This document shows, one piece after another, positions 24,425 to 32,795 of a DNA stretch of 40,355 bases. The notes below the pieces were generated by a model, which saw only the letters and a list, made by a program, of their open reading frames with translations, searched no databases and was not told the DNA's origin. Positions within the stretch are counted from its first letter, which is position 1, and each line of letters starts with the position of its first letter. The stretch is from contig JBGVOY010000025.1 of assembly GCA_045126755.1 (NCBI GenBank), positions 1 to 40,355 on the forward strand. Reading direction: 5' to 3'. Source of the stretch: Alphaproteobacteria bacterium. Its GTDB lineage: Bacteria > Pseudomonadota > Alphaproteobacteria > RF32 > CAG-239. The translations under genes were made by a program, and so were the position numbers.

Positions 24425-26614
24425 TTAACTTGCTTTTTTAAGTTCTTGTTGCTCCAGTTCTTCAAGAACTTCTCTTTTCAAGGTAATATTGTCTGTTTTA
24501 CCTGTTGCAAATGTCGGTATACTATCACGATACAATATTATACGAGGCATAAACAGTTCGGATAAACCATTATTTTTAACATATTCGTGTAAAACATCTT
24601 GTTTTACTTGTTTATTAGTGGTTACCAAAACAATTTGTTCACCTTTGCTTTCATGAGGAATTGCAACGACACCGTATTCAAAATCAGGTCCCATCCATTC
24701 GTATGCTTTAATAACCATTTCCAAAACAGCAGTTAATGATACCATTTCACCACCTATTTTTGCAAAACGTTTGATACGGTCACGAATATATATAAAGCCG
24801 ATTTCATCGATTTCTACCACATCTCCGGTCTTATACCAACCGTCTTCCGGCGGAACCAACACGCCCGGATTATCAGGCATATAATATCCTAACATCACAT
24901 TAGGTCCTTTAACCCAAAGCTCACCGCCTTTATCAATTCCGGGAACCGGTTCAATTTTATACTTCATGGCAGGAAGTAACTTACCGATTGAACCGAATCT
25001 GTTAAATACACTGTTGTTTCCGGTAACCACAGGCGAACATTCGGTTGAACCGTATGCTTCCATCATTCTGATACCCATGCGTTCCATCCACATATTACGT
25101 GTATCAAGTTTAACAGCCTCTGCACCACCATACATAAAGCGAACATTATGGAAATCATACGGGTGAGCTATTTTGCCATAACCTCTGAAAAACGTATCTG
25201 TTCCGAATATGATAGTTGCACCTAATTCATAAACAAGCTCGGCAATAACACGATAATGTAAAGGCGAAGGATACAAGAACAGGCGGCTTCCTTCAAATAA
25301 TGGGAATAATGTTCCTACCGTTAAACCGAAACTATGGAACATAGGCAACGCATTAAACACTAAATCTGTTGTGTTAAGAGTTTCAAGAGCAGCTAATTGC
25401 TTTATGTTTGAGACTATGTTAGCATGGCTCAATACAACTGCCTTCGGGGCTCCCTCAGAACCTGATGTAAACAAGATAACCGCTTTTTTGCTTCCGCCGT
25501 CTTTATGCGGAACACGTTTAATCTTGTAACGTAAAAATGCACCTATTTTAGCTGTTAAGCTGATATATTTTGCCATAGATTCTAAGTAAAATACTTCTAC
25601 ACCGTTAGCTTTTAATACTTCCACAACAGATTCAAGCTTAGCTGTTCTTACAAATGTCAAAGAAGTAATAACCATTTTTACTTGTGCTGTTTTGCACATA
25701 GACATAACGTTTTTGGCTCCGACAGAAAAATTAAGCATAACCGGAACTCTCTCGTATGCCGACAAACCGAAGAATGTGCAAACTGCAGCAATAGTGTTAG
25801 GCAACATCAATCCGATATGTTCAAAGTGAGTAGTTCTTTTTTTGAAGAACTTACCGATAACAAAAGATTTAATAATCAAATCTTTGAAAGAATTAGGCTT
25901 ACGATTGATGTCTTCAATAACTCGCGGACGTTTGAAAAAGAATCCTTTTTTAGAGTGGACTTTAGCCGTTTTCATAAGCTGAGCAAACAATGAAATATTG
26001 GGCTTGTAGTTAATTTCAAACTGCATATCACGTAAAATTGTGTAAACTTCGTTACTGATATGGTCACGTTGACGACGTAATTCATCTTTCAACTTAAACG
26101 GTCTAGGCTCGCCAACCGTAATACGCATCTTAGGAAGCGGACGATGAGGCAACTTTCCTTTGGTTTTTGAAAAATAGCCATATTGCGGACCATCAATCCA
26201 CACCGGAATAATCGGGGCTTTAGACTTATCCGCTACCAAACCGGGAGCTTCGTAAATTTTCATTAAGCCACCGCTTTCAGTAATACGACCTTCAGCAAAA
26301 ATAACAACCAAACGACCACTGTCAACTTTTGAAATCAACTCCTTAATATCCGATGGTTCAATCGGATTAAAAAGCATTATATCAGCATATTTCATCAAAT
26401 TGCGTATCCAATGACGACGATACAAGTGCCCATTTAATGCAAACACCGGATTACCGGGTAAAAATGCGTATAACAATAATGGGTCTAAATATGACACGTG
26501 GTTAGATACATACACACCCTTCTTAGGAAGTTTTTCCATATCAAAGCGGATTTTACATCTGCTTTTAAATAAGGTAAAGAATGTTCTTAAACAGAATTTT
26601 ACAAAGTTATTCAA
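24425..26614 (-). CDS. aas: Bifunctional 2-acylglycerophosphoethanolamine acyltransferase / acyl-ACP synthetase
   Basis: The N-terminal PlsC-type acyltransferase part has NHVSYLDP (HX4D) and FAEGRITESGG. The C-terminal AMP-dependent synthetase part has ILFTSGSEGAPKAVVLSH. Apparent TTG start. Confidence 0.85.
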   Translation of the reverse strand: MNNFVKFCLRTFFTLFKSRCKIRFDMEKLPKKGVYVSNHVSYLDPLLLYAFLPGNPVFALNGHLYRRHWIRNLMKYADIMLFNPIEPSDIKELISKVDSGRLVVIFAEGRITESGGLMKIYEAPGLVADKSKAPIIPVWIDGPQYGYFSKTKGKLPHRPLPKMRITVGEPRPFKLKDELRRQRDHISNEVYTILRDMQFEINYKPNISLFAQLMKTAKVHSKKGFFFKRPRVIEDINRKPNSFKDLIIKSFVIGKFFKKRTTHFEHIGLMLPNTIAAVCTFFGLSAYERVPVMLNFSVGAKNVMSMCKTAQVKMVITSLTFVRTAKLESVVEVLKANGVEVFYLESMAKYISLTAKIGAFLRYKIKRVPHKDGGSKKAVILFTSGSEGAPKAVVLSHANIVSNIKQLAALETLNTTDLVFNALPMFHSFGLTVGTLFPLFEGSRLFLYPSPLHYRVIAELVYELGATIIFGTDTFFRGYGKIAHPYDFHNVRFMYGGAEAVKLDTRNMWMERMGIRMMEAYGSTECSPVVTGNNSVFNRFGSIGKLLPAMKYKIEPVPGIDKGGELWVKGPNVMLGYYMPDNPGVLVPPEDGWYKTGDVVEIDEIGFIYIRDRIKRFAKIGGEMVSLTAVLEMVIKAYEWMGPDFEYGVVAIPHESKGEQIVLVTTNKQVKQDVLHEYVKNNGLSELFMPRIILYRDSIPTFATGKTDNITLKREVLEELEQQELKKAS

Positions 26615-26631
26615 AGTTTTTCTCCGTCTGT

Positions 26632-26652
26632 TACAACATATATTGTGTTGTA
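26632..26652. promoter_or_regulatory. Candidate operator palindrome in the aas-fadL divergent intergenic region
   Basis: TACAACA-N7-TGTTGTA, a perfect 7-bp inverted repeat 18 nt upstream of the aas start. Confidence 0.3.
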
Positions 26653-26924
26653 TACAAAAAAGTTGTTTTTGTAAAGATAAAAAAAAGTATAGTGGATTAT
26701 TGAAAAAATACGCTTACCAACATATTGTTTTTGCGTTAAAAATAAAAAATTATCAACGTGTTTATATATTAGTGCTTGCATTTTATTTTTTTATTGTCTA
26801 TAACGCCCGAGTAACATATTATGTACATTTATTTCAAATATGCCGAAAATATACAAAACTATAATAAATAATAAATAAGGTATTTAATGCATATTAAGTT
26901 ACTTTGGATTAACAGAAAAAGTGA

Positions 26925-28172
26925 ATGAATAATATGAATAAAATTTTAACTTTAACAGCATTGGGAACTGTTTTATTAGCTGCCAATGCACAAGCTGCCG
27001 GTTTCCACTTACGTGAACAGTCAGCTGCAGCTCAAGGTAACGCTTTTGCAGGAGCAACAGCAGGTGCCGAAAACAATTCTTATGCTTATTTTAACGTAGC
27101 AGGTTTAACCAAACAAGAAGGAACTCAATTTAATATTGGCGGAACATATATTGCTCCTAAAGCAAGAGCCGAAAATGTTAAATATATTGATAACAGCGGA
27201 AATACTCAAAGAGGTTCTGATATTAACAATATTGTTCATGCCGCAGTTGCTCCCAATATGAACTTTTCTCATCAAGTTGATGAAAAAACTTTTTTGGGTG
27301 TTTCAATGAACGTTCCTTACGGTATGGTAACAAAATATGATAGAGATTGGGCAGGTTCTGACCATGGTATCACATCCAAAGTTACCGCTGTTACACTAAC
27401 TCCGATGGCTGCATACAAAGCAACCGATAAATTATCAATAGGTGCCGGTGTTCAATTACAATATATGAAAGCAAAATTAACCAATACTGCGCAAGCCGGT
27501 TTATTGCATACTCGCCTTGAGGGTGATACATTCGATATCGGCTATCAATTAGGTGCTTTGTATGAATTTAATAACAATACTCGTATCGGTTTAGGATACA
27601 GAAGCGAAGTTAAGCACAAACTTAAAGGTGAAATTGAGGCTTCAATGCCTTTACCAATGCTTAACCAAGATATCAGTGCACGATTAACAACTCCTGCCAT
27701 GGCTTCAATCGGTATTTTCCACCAAATGAACGAAAAATGGGCTGTGATGGCAGAATATCAACGTGTATTCTGGAGTTCTTTTGATTATCTTACCATTATG
27801 GGTAGTGATACGCAATCTCAAGTTTCACAAGTTAAAGAAAAATGGCGTGATACAAACTTCTTTGCCGTTGGTGCAAGTTATCAAATTGACAACCAATGGA
27901 AATGGCGTTTAGGTTTGGCTTATGACCAATCTGCCGTTCGCATGAAACACAGAACTCCGCGTATTCCGGACTCTGATCGTTTGTGGTATTCAACAGGTTT
28001 GAACTATCAATATAACGATAAGTTGAGTTTTGATTTGGCATACACATACATTTATGCCCACAAAGCTCACATGCACACAAAGAATATCACACCTGCTGAT
28101 CAAAACAGAGCATCCGTAGATTTTTCTAACTCTGTTCAGTTGTTTGGTTTTTCGCTTAATTACAAATTCTAA
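26925..28172 (+). CDS. fadL: Outer-membrane long-chain fatty acid transporter (FadL/OMPP1/TodX family)
   Basis: Signal peptide ending ANAQA, then AGFHLREQSAAAQGNAFAGATAGAENNS (FadL N-terminal hatch signature) and a C-terminal ...LNYKF. Confidence 0.85.
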   Translation: MNNMNKILTLTALGTVLLAANAQAAGFHLREQSAAAQGNAFAGATAGAENNSYAYFNVAGLTKQEGTQFNIGGTYIAPKARAENVKYIDNSGNTQRGSDINNIVHAAVAPNMNFSHQVDEKTFLGVSMNVPYGMVTKYDRDWAGSDHGITSKVTAVTLTPMAAYKATDKLSIGAGVQLQYMKAKLTNTAQAGLLHTRLEGDTFDIGYQLGALYEFNNNTRIGLGYRSEVKHKLKGEIEASMPLPMLNQDISARLTTPAMASIGIFHQMNEKWAVMAEYQRVFWSSFDYLTIMGSDTQSQVSQVKEKWRDTNFFAVGASYQIDNQWKWRLGLAYDQSAVRMKHRTPRIPDSDRLWYSTGLNYQYNDKLSFDLAYTYIYAHKAHMHTKNITPADQNRASVDFSNSVQLFGFSLNYKF

Positions 28173-28188
28173 ATTAAGCGTAATTTGA

Positions 28189-28219
28189 AAAAAATCCGGA
28201 TTTTCATCCGGATTTTTTT
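28189..28219. terminator. Bidirectional hairpin terminator between fadL and the radical SAM gene
   Basis: AAAAAATCCGGA-TTTTCA-TCCGGATTTTTTT. Confidence 0.8.
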
Positions 28220-28228
28220 ATGCTTATT

Positions 28229-29050
28229 CTAAAATTTCAGTTTATTTAAATGATAATCAACTAACTCTCCTCCGTAACAAACGACATTTGAAAATCCGTA
28301 ATCTAATTTTTTGGCATAAAATGTTATGGGCTTATCTGCATAAATCCATTCATATCTGTCAAAGAACTTTTCATCTTTTAACTTAAATTCAGCGCTTAAC
28401 ATCATTTTTTTTATAATTTCATCACTGTCTTTTTTGGTTAAAGCATTTTCTACAATCCATTTTGTATACGGATTTGAAAGATTATTATCTCTGGTATTTA
28501 AATTAAGTGTTTTAAGACTAACCGTTTTAATATTGGGATATGTATCCAAATATTGTTTTATTTCGCTTAAATATTCTTCAAATGATTTATTTTTAAGCAT
28601 TACATAATTTAAGCGCACATCAGCTTTTGAAAAATTTTTACAATTTAAATAATCCTGATTATATCCCAATATTTTCATATCTTTTTCAGGTGAAAAATCA
28701 ACACGCGTGATTTCAATTAAAAACTTATCTTTAATCAAATCAAGTTTTTCAGGTTCAAAGAAAATATTTCCCGATGACTGAAAGCGATATTCTTCAAACA
28801 TATCCGATGATGTAACCGTATCATAAACTTTCTTTATTGTTTCAAACGAATGCAGTGAAGGTTCTCCGTTACCGCAAAAAATGAAATACTTAAATGATAT
28901 ATTTTTTTCTTTTAAGAATTGTAAATTATATTTTAGCTTTTCAATCTTATCATCGACTAACGGCCATTTAGTGATTTTTGCCGTGCAATACGGACAATTT
29001 TTATTACACTTAAACGACGATAAAATGAGTTCAAATTCTTTATACTGCAT
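28229..29050 (-). CDS. Small radical SAM enzyme (no SPASM or other auxiliary-cluster Cys motifs)
   Basis: CNKNCPYC (CX3CX2C) at residues 15-22 and a GNGEP (GGEP-like) SAM motif. GGGAGAG Shine-Dalgarno sequence upstream. It overlaps the upstream gene by 11 nt. Confidence 0.8.
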   Translation of the reverse strand: MQYKEFELILSSFKCNKNCPYCTAKITKWPLVDDKIEKLKYNLQFLKEKNISFKYFIFCGNGEPSLHSFETIKKVYDTVTSSDMFEEYRFQSSGNIFFEPEKLDLIKDKFLIEITRVDFSPEKDMKILGYNQDYLNCKNFSKADVRLNYVMLKNKSFEEYLSEIKQYLDTYPNIKTVSLKTLNLNTRDNNLSNPYTKWIVENALTKKDSDEIIKKMMLSAEFKLKDEKFFDRYEWIYADKPITFYAKKLDYGFSNVVCYGGELVDYHLNKLKF

Positions 29051-29555
29051 AACACTCTCCCTTTAACAATTTTTTGATGATTAAACTAATTTCATCATAT
29101 TTTTGATATTTATAAACTTTGATTTTGTTACTTTTTTGCATTGCATTTGCAATAGCAAACCAATATTCAGACTTGATGGCATAATTTCCTTCTTCCTCTT
29201 TATAAAGTATAATGATTTCTTTATTTTGTTCTATTGCCCAGCCCAACTCGACAACTGTTCCTACCGAAAAGCTTTCACTGAAGACGCAGACAAAAGTCTG
29301 GCTGTTTTTAACAGCCTCAAATTCGGCATTTAACACTGTGTTGCAATCTGTTGAGGTATAATTTCCTTTTGATGCCTCTTCACAATAAAAAGGGCCCGAA
29401 TAAATAAAACTGTTATCAACAATCAAATTCGGTTGTGCAAAGGCCAAATCGGTTGCACTTCCGAGCAACAATGCTCTGTAATCGTATGACAAAGCATCCG
29501 GTAAAATTGTATTTTTGCTTTTATTAAATTTACCGCTAAAATAAACTCTTTTCAT
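29040..29555 (-). CDS. Nucleoside 2-deoxyribosyltransferase / Rcl(DNPH1)-like Rossmannoid protein
   Basis: RVYFSGKF (like the N-terminal iYlAGp motif) and SVGTVVELGWAIEQNKEIIILY (like the GT..E.G.A catalytic-Glu segment). There is a 4-nt ATGA overlap with pnuC-like. Confidence 0.65.
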   Translation of the reverse strand: MKRVYFSGKFNKSKNTILPDALSYDYRALLLGSATDLAFAQPNLIVDNSFIYSGPFYCEEASKGNYTSTDCNTVLNAEFEAVKNSQTFVCVFSESFSVGTVVELGWAIEQNKEIIILYKEEEGNYAIKSEYWFAIANAMQKSNKIKVYKYQKYDEISLIIKKLLKGECYAV

Positions 29556-30103
29556 TTCGCATAACCCTTCATTATTTTATTCCAATAAACATAAGAAATT
29601 ACAGCCAGAAATGTCCATAAAACATTTAAGCTCAATAAACAGATAGCCGTTTTTTCTAAAAATACGTATTCAATTACATAAAAAATATCGTTTACAAACC
29701 AGATAAACCAAGTATCAATTTTTCTTACAACCATATAATATGTCGCAAATAAAGATGATATGCTGGTAAATGAATCTAAAAATGGTAAGGGGTCATTGGT
29801 TTTCTTTAACAATAAAGCCCCTAAAAATGTCCCGATTAAAATCAAAAACCCGTATATAAGTCTTTCTTTACTGTTGCAAACAGATATTTTAAGTTCTTTT
29901 TTTGTGTTCCACAGAATATATCCGCTAATTCCGAAAAATACATACAAAAGAGAATTTATCGTATCTCCGTATAAGCGATTTGTATATGAAAACACCAATA
30001 AACAAGCCATTTGCAGAATATAAAACACCCAATTACTGCGTTTGTTAAAAAGCACAAAAATGCTTTGCAACAAACCAAAGGCTGTTGCCCATATTTCGAA
30101 CAT
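29552..30103 (-). CDS. pnuC: PnuC-family nucleoside-type vitamin transporter (substrate not assignable)
   Basis: About 7 TM segments. It has DPLPFLDSFTSISSLFATYYMV.RKIDTWFIWFVNDIFY, matching the PnuC PFLD...W..W..N/D signature. Confidence 0.8.
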   Translation of the reverse strand: MFEIWATAFGLLQSIFVLFNKRSNWVFYILQMACLLVFSYTNRLYGDTINSLLYVFFGISGYILWNTKKELKISVCNSKERLIYGFLILIGTFLGALLLKKTNDPLPFLDSFTSISSLFATYYMVVRKIDTWFIWFVNDIFYVIEYVFLEKTAICLLSLNVLWTFLAVISYVYWNKIMKGYAK

Positions 30104-30114
30104 ACATTAAACTC

Positions 30115-31308
30115 CTAGTCTATCGGATTATTGTCTGCATAGTTATCAAAATAGCCTTTTATCAAAATAACCGGAGTTCCTTTATCGCCCGAACCGCTGG
30201 TTAAATCGCACAGAGAACCCAATAAATCGGTAATTTTACGCGGAGTTGTGCCGATTGAATAAAAACCGTCTGCGGATTTCTTTTCCGATATTGCTTTTTT
30301 GACTGCTTCTGTAGGGTTATCTACGTTATTATCAGCCACCGCCTTTATTTTAATTTCATTTGGCATACCTTCCAAACCTTTAGTATACCCCGGAGACACG
30401 ACAGGATCGGCAAATTCCCATATTTTTGTGTTAGGACATTTAAACCCGCCATCGCCATAAATCATTACCTCTATATGTTTACCGGTCTTATCCTTCAACA
30501 TCTTTTGCAAATTGAGGCAAAATCTTTCACAATCCCTCGGAAATAATTTTAACCGGTTACTGTCAGAATAGTTTGAACCTAATAAACCAAACTCACTCCA
30601 TCCTCTGTTTTTATCGGGTAAGTTACATATTTCATCTAATGTAAACGCAGTAGCTCCTGCCTTAATTAAAATTTGCTTTTGACGATGACGAACGTGTATA
30701 CTTGAAACAATTACCTGATGAGTAAATTTTAATATGTCTTTAGGATTATTTAGCAATACAACCTCTATATTGGGCGCAATATCTTCATACATTCGAATAT
30801 GGTCTGAACCTGTTATTGGATGATGAAAAACACCAAATTTTTCACGAAAATCTTGCTTTGTAATAATATCCGTATACGGATTTATGTCCGATTCAAATAA
30901 TTTATCCTCATCCATTATGGCATTTCCCACTTCATCTGCAGGATATGAAAGGCATACATACACTTTACCGCTTACACCTTTGGCTATTCCTTCCAAAATT
31001 TTTGCAAATCTGTTTCTTGATAAGATAGGAAATGCAACCGCTACATCGCCTTGCGGAAATTTTTTTGCAACATCATTTGCAATATCTTCTATGGTAACAA
31101 AATTGCCCTGAGCTCTGGCTAAAAAAGATTCCGTTATACCGATAATATCACGATTATTTAATTGTATAGGCTGATAATCGGAGTTTTTTGCTTCAAGCAA
31201 TGTATCAACAATAATGCTTGATATATCTGCTCCTTGAGTAATAATCGGCATTCTGATACCATAAGCCGATGTTCCGACATAACGAATATTAAAATTTTTT
31301 TTATTCAT
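30115..31308 (-). CDS. CofE-like (F420-0:gamma-glutamyl ligase superfamily) protein with an extra internal region
   Basis: It has PIITQGADIS...DIIGITESFLARAQG, GLLGSNYSD, IYGDGGFKCP and LTSGSGDKGTPVILIKGY, collinear with CofE motifs as I recall them. AGGAG lies 7 nt upstream of the ATG at 31308. The track TTG start at 31338 is rejected. Confidence 0.65.
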   Translation of the reverse strand: MNKKNFNIRYVGTSAYGIRMPIITQGADISSIIVDTLLEAKNSDYQPIQLNNRDIIGITESFLARAQGNFVTIEDIANDVAKKFPQGDVAVAFPILSRNRFAKILEGIAKGVSGKVYVCLSYPADEVGNAIMDEDKLFESDINPYTDIITKQDFREKFGVFHHPITGSDHIRMYEDIAPNIEVVLLNNPKDILKFTHQVIVSSIHVRHRQKQILIKAGATAFTLDEICNLPDKNRGWSEFGLLGSNYSDSNRLKLFPRDCERFCLNLQKMLKDKTGKHIEVMIYGDGGFKCPNTKIWEFADPVVSPGYTKGLEGMPNEIKIKAVADNNVDNPTEAVKKAISEKKSADGFYSIGTTPRKITDLLGSLCDLTSGSGDKGTPVILIKGYFDNYADNNPID

Positions 31309-31402
31309 ATTTTTTCTCCTTGACAGTAGGTTAATCAACTTTGGTTTGTCTCGACTGTCCCTACAAGACCCAAACCGATAGAGAAGCTTTTTTTAACTTC
31401 TT

Positions 31403-31936
31403 CTAAAATGTTTCGTTTTCATAAAAATTTTTAATAATTAAATCAATATTTTCAGGATGAACAAGCTCTTTCCATCTGATATCTTTAAGCACAATCATAT
31501 CACGAACCATATTGCCTGACAGAAAAGGAAAATCTTGTGTTGTTCTTGAACAAAGGCCAACATTTTTAACATCTTTTGCAAAGAAAGCATATTCATTTAT
31601 GTCTCCGACATACATTATGTCCGGAGCAGTTCTGTCAGGAAGTTCTTTTTTAATTGTATTAAGCACATGTTCATTCCATGGTAAATTAACGCTGTCTTTG
31701 ACACCGATAATTCGTAAATTTGCGTATGCCTTGTTGTTTTTCCATACATTTTGCACCATTTTTTTGCGAACAAAATATGGTAGCGGATTTTTCTCGGTTC
31801 CGCTTTCTTGTGCAGATCCGATAACAACCGTTCCATACTCGCATTCTTCCATCATTGTCGTAACAAGCCTGTTATGACCGATATGAAAAGGCTGACAACG
31901 TATGATACAAAACCCATGCTTATACTTAAAACTCAT
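31403..31936 (-). CDS. nadM: Archaeal/NadM-type nicotinamide-nucleotide adenylyltransferase
   Basis: It has IIRCQPFHIGH (GRxQPFHxGH), VIGSAQES, NPLPYFVRKKM and SGNMVRDM...WKELVHPE, collinear with the M. jannaschii NMNAT pattern. Confidence 0.8.
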   Translation of the reverse strand: MSFKYKHGFCIIRCQPFHIGHNRLVTTMMEECEYGTVVIGSAQESGTEKNPLPYFVRKKMVQNVWKNNKAYANLRIIGVKDSVNLPWNEHVLNTIKKELPDRTAPDIMYVGDINEYAFFAKDVKNVGLCSRTTQDFPFLSGNMVRDMIVLKDIRWKELVHPENIDLIIKNFYENETF

Positions 31937-32050
31937 AAAAAAAACCTTTCATTCTGAAAGGCCAACACATCAACACGGATAAATCCGTTATAAGATGACC
32001 GGCCAAGTCTGTTGTTCCCACCCATTGCCCTCGAGTGCCGGAACACATCA
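31937..32050 (-). promoter_or_regulatory. Structured 5' leader with aptamer-like hairpin, competing antiterminator and intrinsic terminator that also masks the SD (candidate riboswitch, class unassigned)
   Basis: Read on the minus strand. P1 is CCGGC (32041-32037) with GCCGG (32003-31999), extended by GATG (32049-32046) with CATC (31997-31994), and encloses a G-rich 33-nt core ACTCGAGGGCAATGGGTGGGAACAACAGACTTG. A second hairpin is ACGGA-TTTA-TCCGT (31988-31975). The terminator is CCTTTC-AGAAT-GAAAGG plus T8 (31961-31937), ending at the ATG. The 9-nt repeat TGATGTGTT occurs at 32050-32042 and at 31972-31964. Confidence 0.5.
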
Positions 32051-32078
32051 AACGTATCACTTGCAAAATAATTGTCAA
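32051..32078 (-). promoter_or_regulatory. Putative sigma-70 promoter of the nadM operon
   Basis: On the minus strand: TTGACA (32078-32073), 16-nt spacer, TGaTACGTT (-10 at 32056-32051). Confidence 0.55.
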
Positions 32079-32126
32079 GTATTTTTTAACAAAGGACTAT
32101 TTTTTTATTGGCAAGCGGTTTTTTAT

Positions 32127-32786
32127 CTATCCCTCAACAATAGCTACACCGGCGCTTGTGCCTAAGCTTGTTGCTCCTGCTTTTATCATTTCAATAGCAG
32201 TATTCTTATCTCTGATACCGCCCGAAGCCTTTACCTTAACATTAAATGGCGAAACCGTGTCGGCCATTAGCTTAACATCTTCAACCTTTGCCCCTACCCC
32301 GTTCTTTACAAAACCGGTAGATGTTTTAACAAAGTCTGCTTTTGCTTCAACGCAAATTTCACAAGCCTTTTTAATTTCTTCTTTAGTTAATAAATCTGTT
32401 TCTAAGATAACTTTTAGCACATTATTGGGGCAAGCTTCTTTAACCGTTTTAATATCTTCTTTTACAAAATCCCAATTATTATCCTTAATTGCCGAAACAT
32501 TTATCACCATATCTACTTCATCTGCGCCGTCTTCAATAGCTGACTTTGCTTCATAAGCTTTAACTTTGCTGATATTTGCTCCTAAAGGAAAACCTATAAC
32601 CGTTACAATTTTAACATCTGTTTCTTTTAAGAACTCTTTTGCTTGCTTAACGTAAGCCGGATTGACGCACACTCCTCTAAATCCGTATTTTTTAGCTTCA
32701 GAATAGAGTTTTTCAAACTCTTGTGCGGTTGCATTTTGTTTTAAGAGTGTATGTTCAACATATTTAGCTAAATTTTGCATATTCAT
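32127..32786 (-). CDS. deoC: Deoxyribose-phosphate aldolase
   Basis: It has VCVNPAYV, VIGFPLGAN, DEVDMVIN, DFVKTSTGF and VKASGGIR, collinear with B. subtilis Dra/DeoC. Confidence 0.9.
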   Translation of the reverse strand: MNMQNLAKYVEHTLLKQNATAQEFEKLYSEAKKYGFRGVCVNPAYVKQAKEFLKETDVKIVTVIGFPLGANISKVKAYEAKSAIEDGADEVDMVINVSAIKDNNWDFVKEDIKTVKEACPNNVLKVILETDLLTKEEIKKACEICVEAKADFVKTSTGFVKNGVGAKVEDVKLMADTVSPFNVKVKASGGIRDKNTAIEMIKAGATSLGTSAGVAIVEG

Positions 32787-32795
32787 ATTCCTTTC

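Noticed and set aside
28229-29050. Calling the radical SAM protein a prokaryotic viperin, and thus calling the operon an antiviral system.
   Set aside because: The resemblance is limited to features shared by many small radical SAM enzymes: the CX3CX2C position, a GGEP-like motif and overall size. I do not see the viperin C-terminal substrate-binding motifs, and the neighbours look metabolic. I keep it only as a low-probability alternative.
32017-32032. Possible G-quadruplex in the operon leader (GAGGGCAAUGGGUGGG).
   Set aside because: Only three GGG tracts are present. A canonical intramolecular quadruplex needs four.
31937-32050. Assigning the leader to a named riboswitch class (NAD+-I/II, FMN, TPP, purine, preQ1, c-di-GMP, ZTP, guanidine).
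   Set aside because: Comparison with the consensus sequences as I remember them gives no convincing match. Naming a class without a covariance-model search would be invention.
32035-32556. 173-aa plus-strand ORF.
   Set aside because: It lies antisense to the very well supported deoC CDS and the operon leader. Its Ala/Ser/Thr/Ile-rich composition is typical of a mirror-frame artefact.
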